This document shows, piece by piece, positions 1 to 11,453 of a DNA stretch of 64,000 nucleotides. Source of the stretch: Syntrophales bacterium. GTDB lineage: Bacteria; Desulfobacterota; Syntrophia; Syntrophales; UBA2210. The stretch's first letter is position 1. The number at the start of each line of letters is the position of its first letter. The notes under the pieces were generated by a model. That model was not told where the DNA came from. It ran no database searches and was given only the letters and a program-made list of their open reading frames with translations. Position numbers and translations under genes: made by a program. The stretch is from assembly GCA_963666365.2 (NCBI GenBank), contig CAXXNF010000002.1, positions 384,001-448,000 on the forward strand, written 5' to 3'.

Positions 1-1134
<1,134 letters not shown>

Positions 1135-1399
1135 TCCATTTCGGGTGCATACCCAATGATCAGTACCCTAACCAGAGAGGCACCAAATGTCAAATCAAAT
1201 AATATCGCACAAATAAACCTTGTGTTTTTCACTCTTCACGCTATAATTACTCGCCTGTGAGCCGGTAAAACAGCGATTATTGGTGATACTCTTGTATTCA
1301 ACCCGGGATCTGCCACAGACCGACGCTTCAGCACGTGTACTTCCATAGGATTTCTCGAAAAAAAGGCTTGAACCACACTTCACGAAACGCGGGTATGTA

Positions 1400-1867
1400 A
1401 TGAAAACAATTATATCGCCAGGAAGAATCAAATATATCAGAGAAGAGAAACAGGCGGCGGGCTGCGTGTTATGTACGGAATCCGCAAGAGATGCCGATCT
1501 TGTGTTGTACGAAGGTACGACATGCTATGCCATCATGAATAAATATCCCTACACATCAGGGCATATTATGATCGTTCCCTACCGTCACCTGGGCGAGTTT
1601 GCCGGTTTATCTCAGGACGAAAAGCTCGAACTGATGGATCTTGCAGATAAAGCGGTAGAGGCCCTGCAAAAGGCATTCACCCCGGAAGGGTTCAATATAG
1701 GAATGAACCTTGGAAAGGCGGCAGGCGCCGGCCTGGATCAACACCTTCATCTTCATGTAGTGCCGCGGTGGGCAGGTGATACTAATTATATTACGGTGTT
1801 GGGTGATGCACGCATTATTCCGGAAGAGATAGAAAAAACGAGAGACATATTACTGAAATATTTTTGA
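1400..1867 (+). CDS. HIT family hydrolase (Ap4A phosphorylase-like)
   Basis: CxxC near the N-terminus, NKYPYTSGH, and the HLHLHVVPRW histidine triad. Confidence 0.9.
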   Translation: MKTIISPGRIKYIREEKQAAGCVLCTESARDADLVLYEGTTCYAIMNKYPYTSGHIMIVPYRHLGEFAGLSQDEKLELMDLADKAVEALQKAFTPEGFNIGMNLGKAAGAGLDQHLHLHVVPRWAGDTNYITVLGDARIIPEEIEKTRDILLKYF

Positions 1868-1883
1868 GAGAGGGGAAAGTGCC

Positions 1884-2225
1884 ATGAAGCTTCTGTCTAC
1901 AATCATAATCACGTTGGTTTTGTTGTTTGTGATTTCCTTTTCGCTGTCAAACACGGAGTTGGTTCACCTGACCTATTATGACCTGATTGATGTGAGTTCG
2001 CCATCCTACCTCCTTATTTTTGTCTGTTTCGGAGTAGGGGTGATATTTGCGGGTCTCTTCGGCATTGTGGAGCGATGGAGACTGGCACGGAAGGTGGCGA
2101 AACTCGAAAAACATATAGGGGATCTGAAAAAGAAAATTTCCGAAAATGAGGAAGATGAATCCCCGATTTCCGTTGTGGCGCCACTTCCGGAAGATGCAAT
2201 CAATGAAGTTTCTGACCGATCGTAA
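1884..2225 (+). CDS. LapA/DUF1049-like membrane protein
   Basis: Two hydrophobic helices followed by a coiled coil. Confidence 0.7.
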   Translation: MKLLSTIIITLVLLFVISFSLSNTELVHLTYYDLIDVSSPSYLLIFVCFGVGVIFAGLFGIVERWRLARKVAKLEKHIGDLKKKISENEEDESPISVVAPLPEDAINEVSDRS

Positions 2226-2670
2226 TCTCGGAAAACTTGCAAAATGGTTGAGAATACTGGGGTACGACACTGTGTGCCACCAGGGAGATATCGACAGGAC
2301 GTTTTTGGAGAGAGGGCGCGCAGAAGGCAGAGTAGTGCTCTCCAGGCGTCGCGATCTTGTAAAAAGAAATTACCGGGGGCGGATGGCAATTATCTATGCC
2401 GACACTGTCGCAGATCAGATTGATGAAATTATCGACACACTTGGAGTGCACCCCGACCCGACGCTCTATTTTACTCGATGCCTCAGATGCAACGCGAAGC
2501 TCTCTGAAGTTCCGAAAGCAGAGATTGAATGTTCCGTTCCCCCCTATATACATGATACGCAGGAGCGGTTTTTCCTCTGCCCGGAGTGTAAGGCGGTGTT
2601 CTGGGCGGGAACCCACAGGGACAATATGCTCAAAACCCTCACTGAGCACAATCTGACGGATCCCCTTTAA
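2203..2670 (+). CDS. Mut7-C RNase domain protein
   Basis: MKFLTDRNLGKLAKWLRILGYD start, RCLRCN and CPECKAVFWAGTH zinc ribbon; start moved to the ATG at 2203. Confidence 0.9.
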   Translation: MKFLTDRNLGKLAKWLRILGYDTVCHQGDIDRTFLERGRAEGRVVLSRRRDLVKRNYRGRMAIIYADTVADQIDEIIDTLGVHPDPTLYFTRCLRCNAKLSEVPKAEIECSVPPYIHDTQERFFLCPECKAVFWAGTHRDNMLKTLTEHNLTDPL

Positions 2671-3127
2671 CCTTTTCAACGGCGTGCACAAGAGCGGGCA
2701 GCAGGATTGCCAGATTTTCCCTTGCGCCTCGCGGACTTCCCGGCAGATTGATGATAATCGATTCTTTCCTGATCCCGACAACCGCCCTGGAAATCATTGC
2801 GTGCGGTGTTTTTTTCTGGCTTTCCCTTCGCATGACCTCGGCCATGCCTGGTATTTCCTTGTCAAGAACCTCAATCGTCGCATCAGGTGTCACGTCGCGG
2901 GGGCTGACTCCTGTTCCGCCGGTGGTAATTACGAGGTCAAGCCTCTTTACATCAACAAATTCGATAATGGCCGCAGTGATATCCCGCTTTTCATCGGGAA
3001 CAATGCAATAGGCATGGACTTTGGCAGGAAGTGCAGAAAGAACGGCAGTCACTTCTTTACCGCTGATATCTTCTCTTTCCCCCCTGGCGCCGCGATCACT
3101 CACCGTAATCACGCCGGCAGAAATCAC
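2639..3127 (-). CDS. mog: Molybdopterin adenylyltransferase, MogA/MoaB family
   Basis: ITVSDR, TTGGTGVSPRDVTPDAT and NLPGSP motifs. Confidence 0.9.
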   Translation of the reverse strand: MISAGVITVSDRGARGEREDISGKEVTAVLSALPAKVHAYCIVPDEKRDITAAIIEFVDVKRLDLVITTGGTGVSPRDVTPDATIEVLDKEIPGMAEVMRRESQKKTPHAMISRAVVGIRKESIIINLPGSPRGARENLAILLPALVHAVEKVKGDPSDCAQ

Positions 3128-3129
3128 CG

Positions 3130-5214
3130 TTAGGAGTCCTCCTTTTCTTTCTTTGCCTCGGCAATCACCTTTTCCTGAATGTGGGCGGGAACTTCTTCAT
3201 AATGGGAAAATGCATAGGAGAATGAACCTCGACCGCTTGTGATTGAGGTGAGATCGGGGGCATAGGTCAGAATCTCCGCAAGGGGAACCTGACCCTTTAC
3301 CACCTGGTTGGGGCCATTTTTATCCATTCCAAGCACCCGGCCGCGACGACTGTTTAAATCTCCGATCACATCGCCCATATATTCGTCCGGTATCTCTATG
3401 TCGATATCCATGATCGGTTCGAGGAGTGTCGGCTGGCATTGATCGAACCCTTTTTTAAATCCCATAGAGCCTGCGATCTTGAAGGCCATTTCCGAAGAGT
3501 CAACAGTGTGATAGGACCCGTCCACAAGGCGCACCCGCACATCGACCACGGGATAGCCTGCCAGGATTCCGTCAACCATTGCCTCAACGATGCCCTTTTC
3601 GACGGCGGGTATATAGGTCTTGGGGATAACGCCGCCCACGATTGCATCCACGAATTCAAAGCCTTCACCGCGGGGAAGCGGTTCAATCTCAAGCCACGAA
3701 TCGCCGTACTGGCCGCGGCCGCCGGACTGCTTTTTATATTTGCCCTGAACGCGTGTTTTCCCCTTGATGGTTTCCTTATAGGGGACCTTGGGCTGTTTCA
3801 ATGAAACGTCAACGCCGAATTTTCTCTTCAATTTTTCAAGAGTCACATCGATATGCACCTGGCCCATGCCCGAAAGAATCATTTCTCTTGTCTCGTCGTT
3901 TCGGCGCAGTGTAAGCGTGGCGTCTTCTTCGATCAACCGGTTGAGTGAAGAGAATATTTTTTCTTCATCCCCTTTTGACTTGGGGAAGACGGCGAAGGAG
4001 GTTACCGGATTGACTGTCGACACCTTTTCATAAATTATGGGTGCCTTTTCATCGCAAATAGTATCGCCGGTCGATGTTTCTTTCAGTTTGGCCAGCGCCG
4101 CAATATCGCCAGGCACAAGTGATTCCGCAGGTTTTTGGTTTTTCCCTTCCAGATATGAAATGGCGCCGCATTTTTCCGAGAGCTGCTGTGAACTGTTGTA
4201 AAAGGTGAAATCGGCCTTTAATGTCCCTGAATAGACTCTGAAGAGAGTCAGTTTTCCTGCATAGGGATCAGCAATCGTTTTGAACACCATTGCCGAGAAA
4301 GGTTCCGATTCTTCGGGGTTGCGGATCTCTTCTTCTCCCGTTTTGGGGTTTATGCCTTTCACGGGACCCCGGTCGACCGGTGAGGGGAGATAACCGGTAA
4401 TCATATTCATCACGGTGGTGGGACCGATGTTTTTTAGGGCGGAACCGCAGGTGGCGGGAATCAAGTCGCCTGCCATAACCCCCTTGCGCAGACCCGATTT
4501 CAGATCCTCCGCCGAGAGCTCTCCTTCTTCAAGATAACGTTCCATCAACATTTCGTCGCATTCAGCGATGTCTTCCATCATCGCTTCACGATATTCCGAC
4601 GCTATTTCCGCTATATCGGCGGGGATCTCTTCACGTCTGACTTTGCCCTTCGGATCTTCAAAAAGCAATGCTTTCATTTCAATGAGATCGACCAGGCCTT
4701 TAAAAGCATCTTCCTGACCGATGGGAATATACAAGGGCGTTACTTTTTTGCCGAGACGCGCTTTAATGCTTTCGAGTGCAGCCAGGTAATTTGAACGCTC
4801 TCTGTCTATCTTATTGACATAAATGAATCTGGGCAGTTCAAGATCTTCCGCATAGGACCATACCTTTTCGGTTTGAAATTCGACGCCACCTACGGAATCG
4901 ACAACTATAATCGCGGCATCAACGACTCGAAGACAGTTTTTTGTATCCATGGCAAAGTTGCCGTCACCGGGCGTATCAATGAAATTCACTCTGTGTTTGT
5001 TCCATTCGAAATTGCTGACAGCGGAACTGATCGATATATGCCGCTTGTGCTCCTCGGGCTCAAAATCGAGACTTGATGATCCCTCATCGACTCTCCCTAT
5101 TTTGTCGGTCTTGCCGCTGATAAAAAGAAAAGATTCACAAAGGGTGGTCTTGCCTGTGCCACCATGACCGACAATCGCGATATTCCTTAAAGAGTGTGAG
5201 TCGTGTTTTGCCAT
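3130..5214 (-). CDS. fusA: Elongation factor G (EF-G2-type paralogue)
   Basis: GHGGTGKTT P-loop variant, DTPG, NKID, KKQSGGRGQYG; not in an str operon. Confidence 0.92.
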   Translation of the reverse strand: MAKHDSHSLRNIAIVGHGGTGKTTLCESFLFISGKTDKIGRVDEGSSSLDFEPEEHKRHISISSAVSNFEWNKHRVNFIDTPGDGNFAMDTKNCLRVVDAAIIVVDSVGGVEFQTEKVWSYAEDLELPRFIYVNKIDRERSNYLAALESIKARLGKKVTPLYIPIGQEDAFKGLVDLIEMKALLFEDPKGKVRREEIPADIAEIASEYREAMMEDIAECDEMLMERYLEEGELSAEDLKSGLRKGVMAGDLIPATCGSALKNIGPTTVMNMITGYLPSPVDRGPVKGINPKTGEEEIRNPEESEPFSAMVFKTIADPYAGKLTLFRVYSGTLKADFTFYNSSQQLSEKCGAISYLEGKNQKPAESLVPGDIAALAKLKETSTGDTICDEKAPIIYEKVSTVNPVTSFAVFPKSKGDEEKIFSSLNRLIEEDATLTLRRNDETREMILSGMGQVHIDVTLEKLKRKFGVDVSLKQPKVPYKETIKGKTRVQGKYKKQSGGRGQYGDSWLEIEPLPRGEGFEFVDAIVGGVIPKTYIPAVEKGIVEAMVDGILAGYPVVDVRVRLVDGSYHTVDSSEMAFKIAGSMGFKKGFDQCQPTLLEPIMDIDIEIPDEYMGDVIGDLNSRRGRVLGMDKNGPNQVVKGQVPLAEILTYAPDLTSITSGRGSFSYAFSHYEEVPAHIQEKVIAEAKKEKEDS

Positions 5215-5382
5215 GAGAGTTCCTTTCTTTCTTGAACGATACTGATGTGAGTGTGGTTGTTTAGCGTATTTGATCTTTCAAAGTCAAGATAAATTTATGT
5301 TTTAAGGGAACTATTTGACTATCCTAAAGAAATGTGATATATGACATTGTCCTTTTAAAAACGCATGAGGTGTGACAGGAAG

Positions 5383-5865
5383 ATGTTTAAAATTGGAGAT
5401 ATGGCTGTCTATCCGGCGCAAGGCGTCGGGATTATAGAGGCCATTGAAACACGAGAGATCATGGGCAATGAGCAGTCCTTCTACGTGATAAAGATACTCG
5501 GCAACAACGCAAAGATAATGATTCCAAAAACCGGCGCTCAATCGGTCGGTCTGCGCGAGGTGATTTCTGAAGAAGAGATTCCACGTGTCTACGAGATCCT
5601 GAGAGAAAGAAGAGCCATCGTAGATAAGCAGACATGGAATAAGCGGTATAAGGAATATTGGGAGAAAATCAAAACGGGATCAGTATATGAAATTGCGGAA
5701 GTGCTGAGGGATCTTTTGATGTTAAAGGTGGACAAGGATTTGTCCTTTGGCGAAAGAAAAATGATGGATATTGCAAAAAATCTTCTGGTTATGGAGATAT
5801 CCATTGCCAGGGACTGCAACGAGGAAATGGTCGAAAAAGATCTGAATCAAATATTTGCAATGTAG
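5383..5865 (+). CDS. carD: CarD family transcriptional regulator
   Basis: FKIGDMAVYPAQGVG and WNKRY motifs; heads the carD-yacL-ispD-ispF cluster. Confidence 0.92.
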   Translation: MFKIGDMAVYPAQGVGIIEAIETREIMGNEQSFYVIKILGNNAKIMIPKTGAQSVGLREVISEEEIPRVYEILRERRAIVDKQTWNKRYKEYWEKIKTGSVYEIAEVLRDLLMLKVDKDLSFGERKMMDIAKNLLVMEISIARDCNEEMVEKDLNQIFAM

Positions 5866-6106
5866 TCCGCCGACAAGTTCAGCAATGCAGTTCTTTGACA
5901 TATGGGAGTGCTGATTGTTTCGCAACAACTTTCCGAGAAGTACTGCCGGCTGAATATGATTTGTGGGAGTCCTCTCCATTACTTGATCAGGCGCGAAATA
6001 TATCCTTGATTATCATATAAATTATACGATGCGCCGCTTCTGATGGATCATATTTTGCCGCTTTATGCGAAACCGCTGATCAATCACTACATAAAGAGGG
6101 GGGAAG

Positions 6107-7132
6107 ATGTCAAAATTCTTCATCAGATGTATCCTCGTGTGCGCCTGTTCTATTATTGGTTATTTCATCGTTTCGAGATATTATACATTCCCGATTTCAT
6201 TGATAGGATTACTTTCCGGGTTCCTCATTTCACTTATTGTGTTGAGGACGGAGCAGATCGCGAGAAATCTTTCTCTTCCTGTGATACTGGGGGGAGGTCT
6301 CGGAACGGTAATCGGTCTTGTACTTGCCTATCTCGCCACCCTCGGCCTGCGATATATGCCTGGTCTGGAAGATCAAACGATCGTTCCGTGGCCCTATCTA
6401 TTTGGGCTGCTTGCATTTATTCTAGGATACCTGGGCCTTCAACTAGGGGGGAAAAAGGGGGGAGAAACAACCTATGTCGGTGTTACCGCATCTCAAATAG
6501 ACGGCGAGGGAGAGGGCGGTAAAATATTGGATACGAGTGTCATCATTGACGGCAGAATGGCGGATATCTGTGATACCGGTTTTATAGAGGGAACCCTGAC
6601 CGTGCCGCGATTCGTGCTTGAAGAGCTTCAACTGATAGCCGATTCATCGGATTCAATGAAACGGTCTCGGGGGAGAAGGGGGCTGGATATCCTTAATAGA
6701 ATGCAAAAAAGCAACGGCATCAGGATCGACATAACCGACATGGACTTTCCAAAGTTAAAGGGGGTGGATGCGAAACTCGTTGCCCTGGCGAAAAAGCGGG
6801 GCGGCAAAATCATTACCAATGATTACAACCTCAATAAAGTGGCGGAGTTGCAGGGAATAAAAATTCTCAATGTCAATGAACTTGCCAATGCCTTGAAACC
6901 CTTGGTATTGCCGGGGGAAACGATGGTGGTGAAGGCAATTAAGGAGGGAAAGGAACCGGGACAGGGAGTGGCCTATCTTGATGACGGCACAATGGTCATA
7001 GTGGACAATGGTAACCGGTATCTGAGGCAGAATGTGGAAGTCGTTGTGACAAGCGTGTTGCAGACAACTGCAGGAAGAATGATTTTTTCCACGGTGAAAG
7101 AGAGTAATCACAACAACAAAAAGGGCGAGTAA
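6107..7132 (+). CDS. PIN/TRAM domain membrane protein (YacL-like)
   Basis: N-terminal TM helices, ILDTSVIIDGR PIN motif, C-terminal TRAM (GVAYLDDGTMV, VLQTTAGRMIF). Confidence 0.92.
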   Translation: MSKFFIRCILVCACSIIGYFIVSRYYTFPISLIGLLSGFLISLIVLRTEQIARNLSLPVILGGGLGTVIGLVLAYLATLGLRYMPGLEDQTIVPWPYLFGLLAFILGYLGLQLGGKKGGETTYVGVTASQIDGEGEGGKILDTSVIIDGRMADICDTGFIEGTLTVPRFVLEELQLIADSSDSMKRSRGRRGLDILNRMQKSNGIRIDITDMDFPKLKGVDAKLVALAKKRGGKIITNDYNLNKVAELQGIKILNVNELANALKPLVLPGETMVVKAIKEGKEPGQGVAYLDDGTMVIVDNGNRYLRQNVEVVVTSVLQTTAGRMIFSTVKESNHNNKKGE

Positions 7133-7205
7133 TTCCAATCATAACAGAGCCATACAAGCCTGGAATATGCACTGTTATGACAAGTTTTATCTGTATGGGG
7201 AGACC

Positions 7206-7901
7206 ATGGCGGATGTAGTTGCGGTCGTTGTCGCCGGCGGCAGCGGAAAAAGAATGAAGGGAGACGTGGCGAAGCAGTTCCTTTCACTGGGGGATATGCC
7301 GATTCTGGCGAGGACGCTCCTGGCATTTGAAAAAAACACATCTGTAGATGCAATAATCATCACAGCGCCCGCTGGGGACAGGGAACGCGTACAAAGGGAT
7401 ATTGTCGATAAATACGCCATTTCGAAGGTGCGCCATGTGACTCCCGGCGGGCCGATGAGGCAGGATTCGGTAAGGAACGGGCTTGTGGCAGTTGATGAGA
7501 AAACCGACATAGTCATTGTGCATGATGGGGTAAGGCCCTTTGTTTCGGACGTCCTGATAGCAGAAACCGTTGATGCGGCGCGCGTCTACGGCGCGGCCCT
7601 GGCCGCGGTTCCCGTAACCGATACCATAAAGCGGAGAGACGGCGAAGGATTCGTGGCGGAGACTTTGCACAGAGAGGAGCTTCTGGCGGTGCAGACCCCT
7701 CAGGCATTCCAATGGCCCATACTGAAAAAGGCTTATGAAAGGGCCTATGATGATGCATTTTACGGGACCGACGATGCTATGCTGGTTGAGCGGCTGGGCG
7801 TGAAGATAAAGATCGTCGGAGGCTTCTACGACAACATAAAAATAACGACAAGAGAGGATCTCCGGCGCGGCGAGCTGATATTGAGTCGCAGACACGGCTA
7901 G
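7206..7901 (+). CDS. ispD: 2-C-methyl-D-erythritol 4-phosphate cytidylyltransferase
   Basis: AGGSGKRM...KQF, HDGVRP, QTPQAF, TDDA, NIKITT. Confidence 0.95.
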   Translation: MADVVAVVVAGGSGKRMKGDVAKQFLSLGDMPILARTLLAFEKNTSVDAIIITAPAGDRERVQRDIVDKYAISKVRHVTPGGPMRQDSVRNGLVAVDEKTDIVIVHDGVRPFVSDVLIAETVDAARVYGAALAAVPVTDTIKRRDGEGFVAETLHREELLAVQTPQAFQWPILKKAYERAYDDAFYGTDDAMLVERLGVKIKIVGGFYDNIKITTREDLRRGELILSRRHG

Positions 7902-7927
7902 TCGCAAAGGATGGAAGACAGGCGCAC

Positions 7928-8422
7928 ATGGAGTCTTCAGGATTACTGCGGGTGGGGTTCGGGTACGACAGTCACAGGTTTGTCGAAGGGAGAAAATTAT
8001 TTCTGGGGGGGGTTGAAATTCCCCATGAGAAGGGACTCCTGGGACATTCCGATGCGGATGTGGTGCTGCACGCGATAGGGGACGCACTGCTCGGCGCCGC
8101 CAGCGCAGGCGACCTGGGGGTGCATTTCCCCGACAATGACCCGCTGTATAAAGACATCTCAAGCAGGATGCTGGTTTTAAAAATAATGGAGCTCTTTGCG
8201 GCAGGCAACTACAGGGTCAACAATGTCGATGCGACGATTGTCTGTGAGCGTCCCCGTTTGCGTGAATACATCGACGCCATGGAAGAGGCCATAGCGGGCA
8301 TGCTTGGGGTAGGCAAGGATCGAATCAACGTCAAAGCAACGACAAATGAAGGCATGGGATCGATCGGTCGAGGTGAAGGTGTTGCCGCGTACGCCGTTGC
8401 GACAATAGTGATCCTTCGATAA
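7928..8422 (+). CDS. ispF: 2-C-methyl-D-erythritol 2,4-cyclodiphosphate synthase
   Basis: GFGYDSH, GHSDADVVLHA, KATTNEG. Confidence 0.95.
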   Translation: MESSGLLRVGFGYDSHRFVEGRKLFLGGVEIPHEKGLLGHSDADVVLHAIGDALLGAASAGDLGVHFPDNDPLYKDISSRMLVLKIMELFAAGNYRVNNVDATIVCERPRLREYIDAMEEAIAGMLGVGKDRINVKATTNEGMGSIGRGEGVAAYAVATIVILR

Positions 8423-8508
8423 AGGCCACTTATGGCTTGACCGAAAGACGAAGCTCATATATAGGTCGAAGGCACAGTGCTCATGCACTAGAAAAAGAGG
8501 TGCAGAAG

Positions 8509-9708
8509 ATGAAGTTCATTGATGATATCGATATCAAAAACAAGAAATTGCTCTGTCGGTTCGATTACAATGTTCCCATGGATGAAAACCTTAATATTGT
8601 CGATGACAGAAGGATCAGGGCCTCGCTTCCGACGATCAATTACGCGCTGGATGAAGGGGCAAAAGTAATTGTGATATCCCATCTGGGGAGGCCGAAGGGT
8701 AATATGGTGCCGGGTTTAAGCCTTGCTCCTGTTGCAAAACGCCTTACACGACTTCTCGGAAAGGACGTGCCGCTGCTGAATGATTGCGTAGGCGAAGAAG
8801 TGGAAAAGGCCGTAAACGCGATGGAATCCGGCTGTATTCTCATGCTTGAAAATCTCAGGTTTCACATAGAAGAAACAAAAAACGACGCCTCTTTCGCGCA
8901 GCAGCTTGGAAGTATTGCCGATGTGTATATTGACGACGCCTTTGGAAATGCTCACAGAAGCCATGCCTCAAACGTGGGAATCACGGAATACGTCAAAGAA
9001 TGCGGCATGGGTTATTTGATGAAACGGGAGCTGAACTATTTTAAAGGGGCGCTGGAGAACCCTGTACGACCTTTTGTGGCCATAATCGGGGGTTCTAAAG
9101 TGTCGGATAAGCTGGAAGCGTTGGGGAATCTTATCGGACGGGTTGATAAAATGATTATCGGCGGCGGCATGGCGTTTACCTTCCTCAAGGCTCAGGGATA
9201 CGAGATCGGTAAATCAATTGTGGAGGAAGACCTCCTCGGCGTGGCGAGAAGAGGTATTGAGAGAGCCCGTGAATTGGGTGTGAAATTATATTTTCCCGTT
9301 GATTGTGTAATAGCTGAAAGCATGGATGCCAAGGCGGTGACGAAGATCGTTCCGATACAGGAGATATATCCGGATTGGATGGGCCTGGATATAGGTCCCG
9401 CGACGATTGCACTTTTCAGAGAAGTCCTCAATGATGCAAAGACGGTTATATGGAATGGTCCCATGGGAGTGTTCGAACTTGATGCGTTCTCACGGGGAAC
9501 CTACGCCATGGTCCACGCGATTGCCGCCTCTCATGCATTAACGATCGTCGGGGGGGGCGATACGGATGTGGCAGTTCACCGAACCGGTGAGAGCGACAGC
9601 ATTACCTATATATCAACGGGAGGCGGCGCATCGCTCGAACTTTTGGAAGGCAAGACGCTGCCGGCTATCCGCGCACTCGAGGAGTGCGAGAAGCGGTTGA
9701 ACAAGTGA
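8509..9708 (+). CDS. pgk: Phosphoglycerate kinase
   Basis: RFDYNVP, SHLGRPKG, LENLRF, WNGPMGVFE, ISTGGGASLE. Confidence 0.97.
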   Translation: MKFIDDIDIKNKKLLCRFDYNVPMDENLNIVDDRRIRASLPTINYALDEGAKVIVISHLGRPKGNMVPGLSLAPVAKRLTRLLGKDVPLLNDCVGEEVEKAVNAMESGCILMLENLRFHIEETKNDASFAQQLGSIADVYIDDAFGNAHRSHASNVGITEYVKECGMGYLMKRELNYFKGALENPVRPFVAIIGGSKVSDKLEALGNLIGRVDKMIIGGGMAFTFLKAQGYEIGKSIVEEDLLGVARRGIERARELGVKLYFPVDCVIAESMDAKAVTKIVPIQEIYPDWMGLDIGPATIALFREVLNDAKTVIWNGPMGVFELDAFSRGTYAMVHAIAASHALTIVGGGDTDVAVHRTGESDSITYISTGGGASLELLEGKTLPAIRALEECEKRLNK

Positions 9709-9781
9709 TCGAACTCGATTGCAATAAGAACAAGGGTTAGCCGACGCCGGTTAACCCTTTTTTATGGGTGCGGTGCTCCTG

Positions 9782-10519
9782 ATGAGAAACATTCGAATAA
9801 TCGTCGAATACGACGGTACTTGTTACCACGGGTGGCAAAGGCAGCCAAACGGGATAACCATACAGCAGGTTCTTGAAGAGGCGGCGGGCAGGATTGTGAA
9901 CAGGCCGGTAAAGATTGTCGGCTCCGGACGAACGGACGCCGGCGTTCATGCACTGAATCAGGTTGCACATTTTCAAACGGAATCGACACTCCCGGCGTGC
10001 AATCTTCTGAGAGGGATAAACAGTCTCATGCCTGCCGATATTGTCATCAAAGACCTGGCCGATGCGGAGGAGGGCTTTCACGCCCGTTATGACGCCAGGT
10101 CTAAAATTTATCTCTATTACCTACATAATGAATTGATTCGATCACCGCTCTTTGACCGATATTCATGGCATGTGTCAGGGCGTCTTGATGTCGATCGCAT
10201 GCGCAAAGCGGCTGAATACCTGCGGGGAACGCATGATTTTTCTTCCTTTTGCGCTGCCGGGGGAGATGTGATTGATCACGTGAGAAAGGTTTTCGGAATA
10301 TCCCTGTGCCGTCGCGCCCATGGTCTGATCAGTTTTTTAATAGAAGCAGACGGGTTTTTGAGATATATGGTGAGGAATATTGTGGGAACGCTGGTCGATG
10401 CAGGCAGCGGTAAGATCAATCCGGAGGATGTGAGGGATATACTGGCATCTCAAAACCGCACAGCGGCAGGAATAACGGCGCCGCCGAGGGGCCTGTTCCT
10501 TAAGGAAGTGAAGTATTGA
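9782..10519 (+). CDS. truA: tRNA pseudouridine(38-40) synthase
   Basis: YDGTCYHGWQ, GRTDAGVHA, GFLRYMVR. Confidence 0.95.
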   Translation: MRNIRIIVEYDGTCYHGWQRQPNGITIQQVLEEAAGRIVNRPVKIVGSGRTDAGVHALNQVAHFQTESTLPACNLLRGINSLMPADIVIKDLADAEEGFHARYDARSKIYLYYLHNELIRSPLFDRYSWHVSGRLDVDRMRKAAEYLRGTHDFSSFCAAGGDVIDHVRKVFGISLCRRAHGLISFLIEADGFLRYMVRNIVGTLVDAGSGKINPEDVRDILASQNRTAAGITAPPRGLFLKEVKY

Positions 10520-11370
10520 TGAAAATTCTTGTCGTGGGACACAGAGGGATGCTGGGAAGTGAACTGATGAAGGCCTTCGGGGCGCACCACGAGGTTGAAG
10601 GCAGGGATGTGGACAGGCTCGATATTACCTCGCTGCCGCAGTGCCTTGATGCCGTAGCCGACAGCGCACCTCAGGCAGTAATTAATGCGGCCGCCTATAC
10701 CGATGTAGAGGGGAGCGAGCATAATTATGCGCAATGTAGTGCAATCAACGGGGACGGTGTACGAAACCTGGCCGTCGCCTGCAGCAAATTCAACCGTACG
10801 ATGATGGTTCACTTTTCAACGGACTATGTATTCGATGGTACAAAGGGAGCTCCCTACGAAGAAGAGGATACATGCACACCGATCAATGCCTATGGAAGAT
10901 CGAAACTGGAGGGAGAATGCAACCTCAGGGAAGAGCTTCCCGGCAGACACATACTGATCAGAACGTCCTGGCTGTTTGGCAAAAACGGAAAAAATTTTGT
11001 AAGGTCAATTATTGAAAAGGCGGAATCGCAGCGGGAATTATCCGTGGTGAATGACCAGATTGGGTCGCCCACCTATGCAAAGGATCTTGCCCATGCGGTG
11101 AATATCTTGGTCGAGGGAGGTCACAGAGGGACATTTCACATAACGAACAGGGGGCGCTGCAGCTGGTACGAATATGCCTGTAAGATTGTCGAGTATGCCT
11201 GTATGAAGGGAATCGTCGTGACTCCCGTTTCATCGGCCGATTACAGGACGGAGGCTGCGCGTCCCGCATATTCAGTGCTGAGTTCAAGGAAATTCATGAA
11301 AGTGACTCATAAAACCATGCGGTTTTGGCAGGTTGCCCTTTCCGAGTTTATCGAAAAAATGAATTATTGA
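10516..11370 (+). CDS. rfbD: dTDP-4-dehydrorhamnose reductase
   Basis: GHRGMLG, NAAAYT, STDYVFDG, YGRSK, DQIGSPT. Confidence 0.93.
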   Translation: MMKILVVGHRGMLGSELMKAFGAHHEVEGRDVDRLDITSLPQCLDAVADSAPQAVINAAAYTDVEGSEHNYAQCSAINGDGVRNLAVACSKFNRTMMVHFSTDYVFDGTKGAPYEEEDTCTPINAYGRSKLEGECNLREELPGRHILIRTSWLFGKNGKNFVRSIIEKAESQRELSVVNDQIGSPTYAKDLAHAVNILVEGGHRGTFHITNRGRCSWYEYACKIVEYACMKGIVVTPVSSADYRTEAARPAYSVLSSRKFMKVTHKTMRFWQVALSEFIEKMNY

Positions 11371-11453
11371 TTTCTGTCTGCCTCGCTTTCCCCCGATCTA
11401 TTGCGGGAAACCCTGCGTAATTTCATTCAGAAGGTTCTACAGAGAGGTGTACT

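Noticed and set aside
1140..1399. ncRNA in the divergent intergenic region
   Set aside because: No convincing structure or family motif; adequately explained as divergent promoters.
3130..5214. EF-G with an unusual P-loop outside the str operon
   Set aside because: Consistent with the widespread EF-G2 paralogue; not novel.
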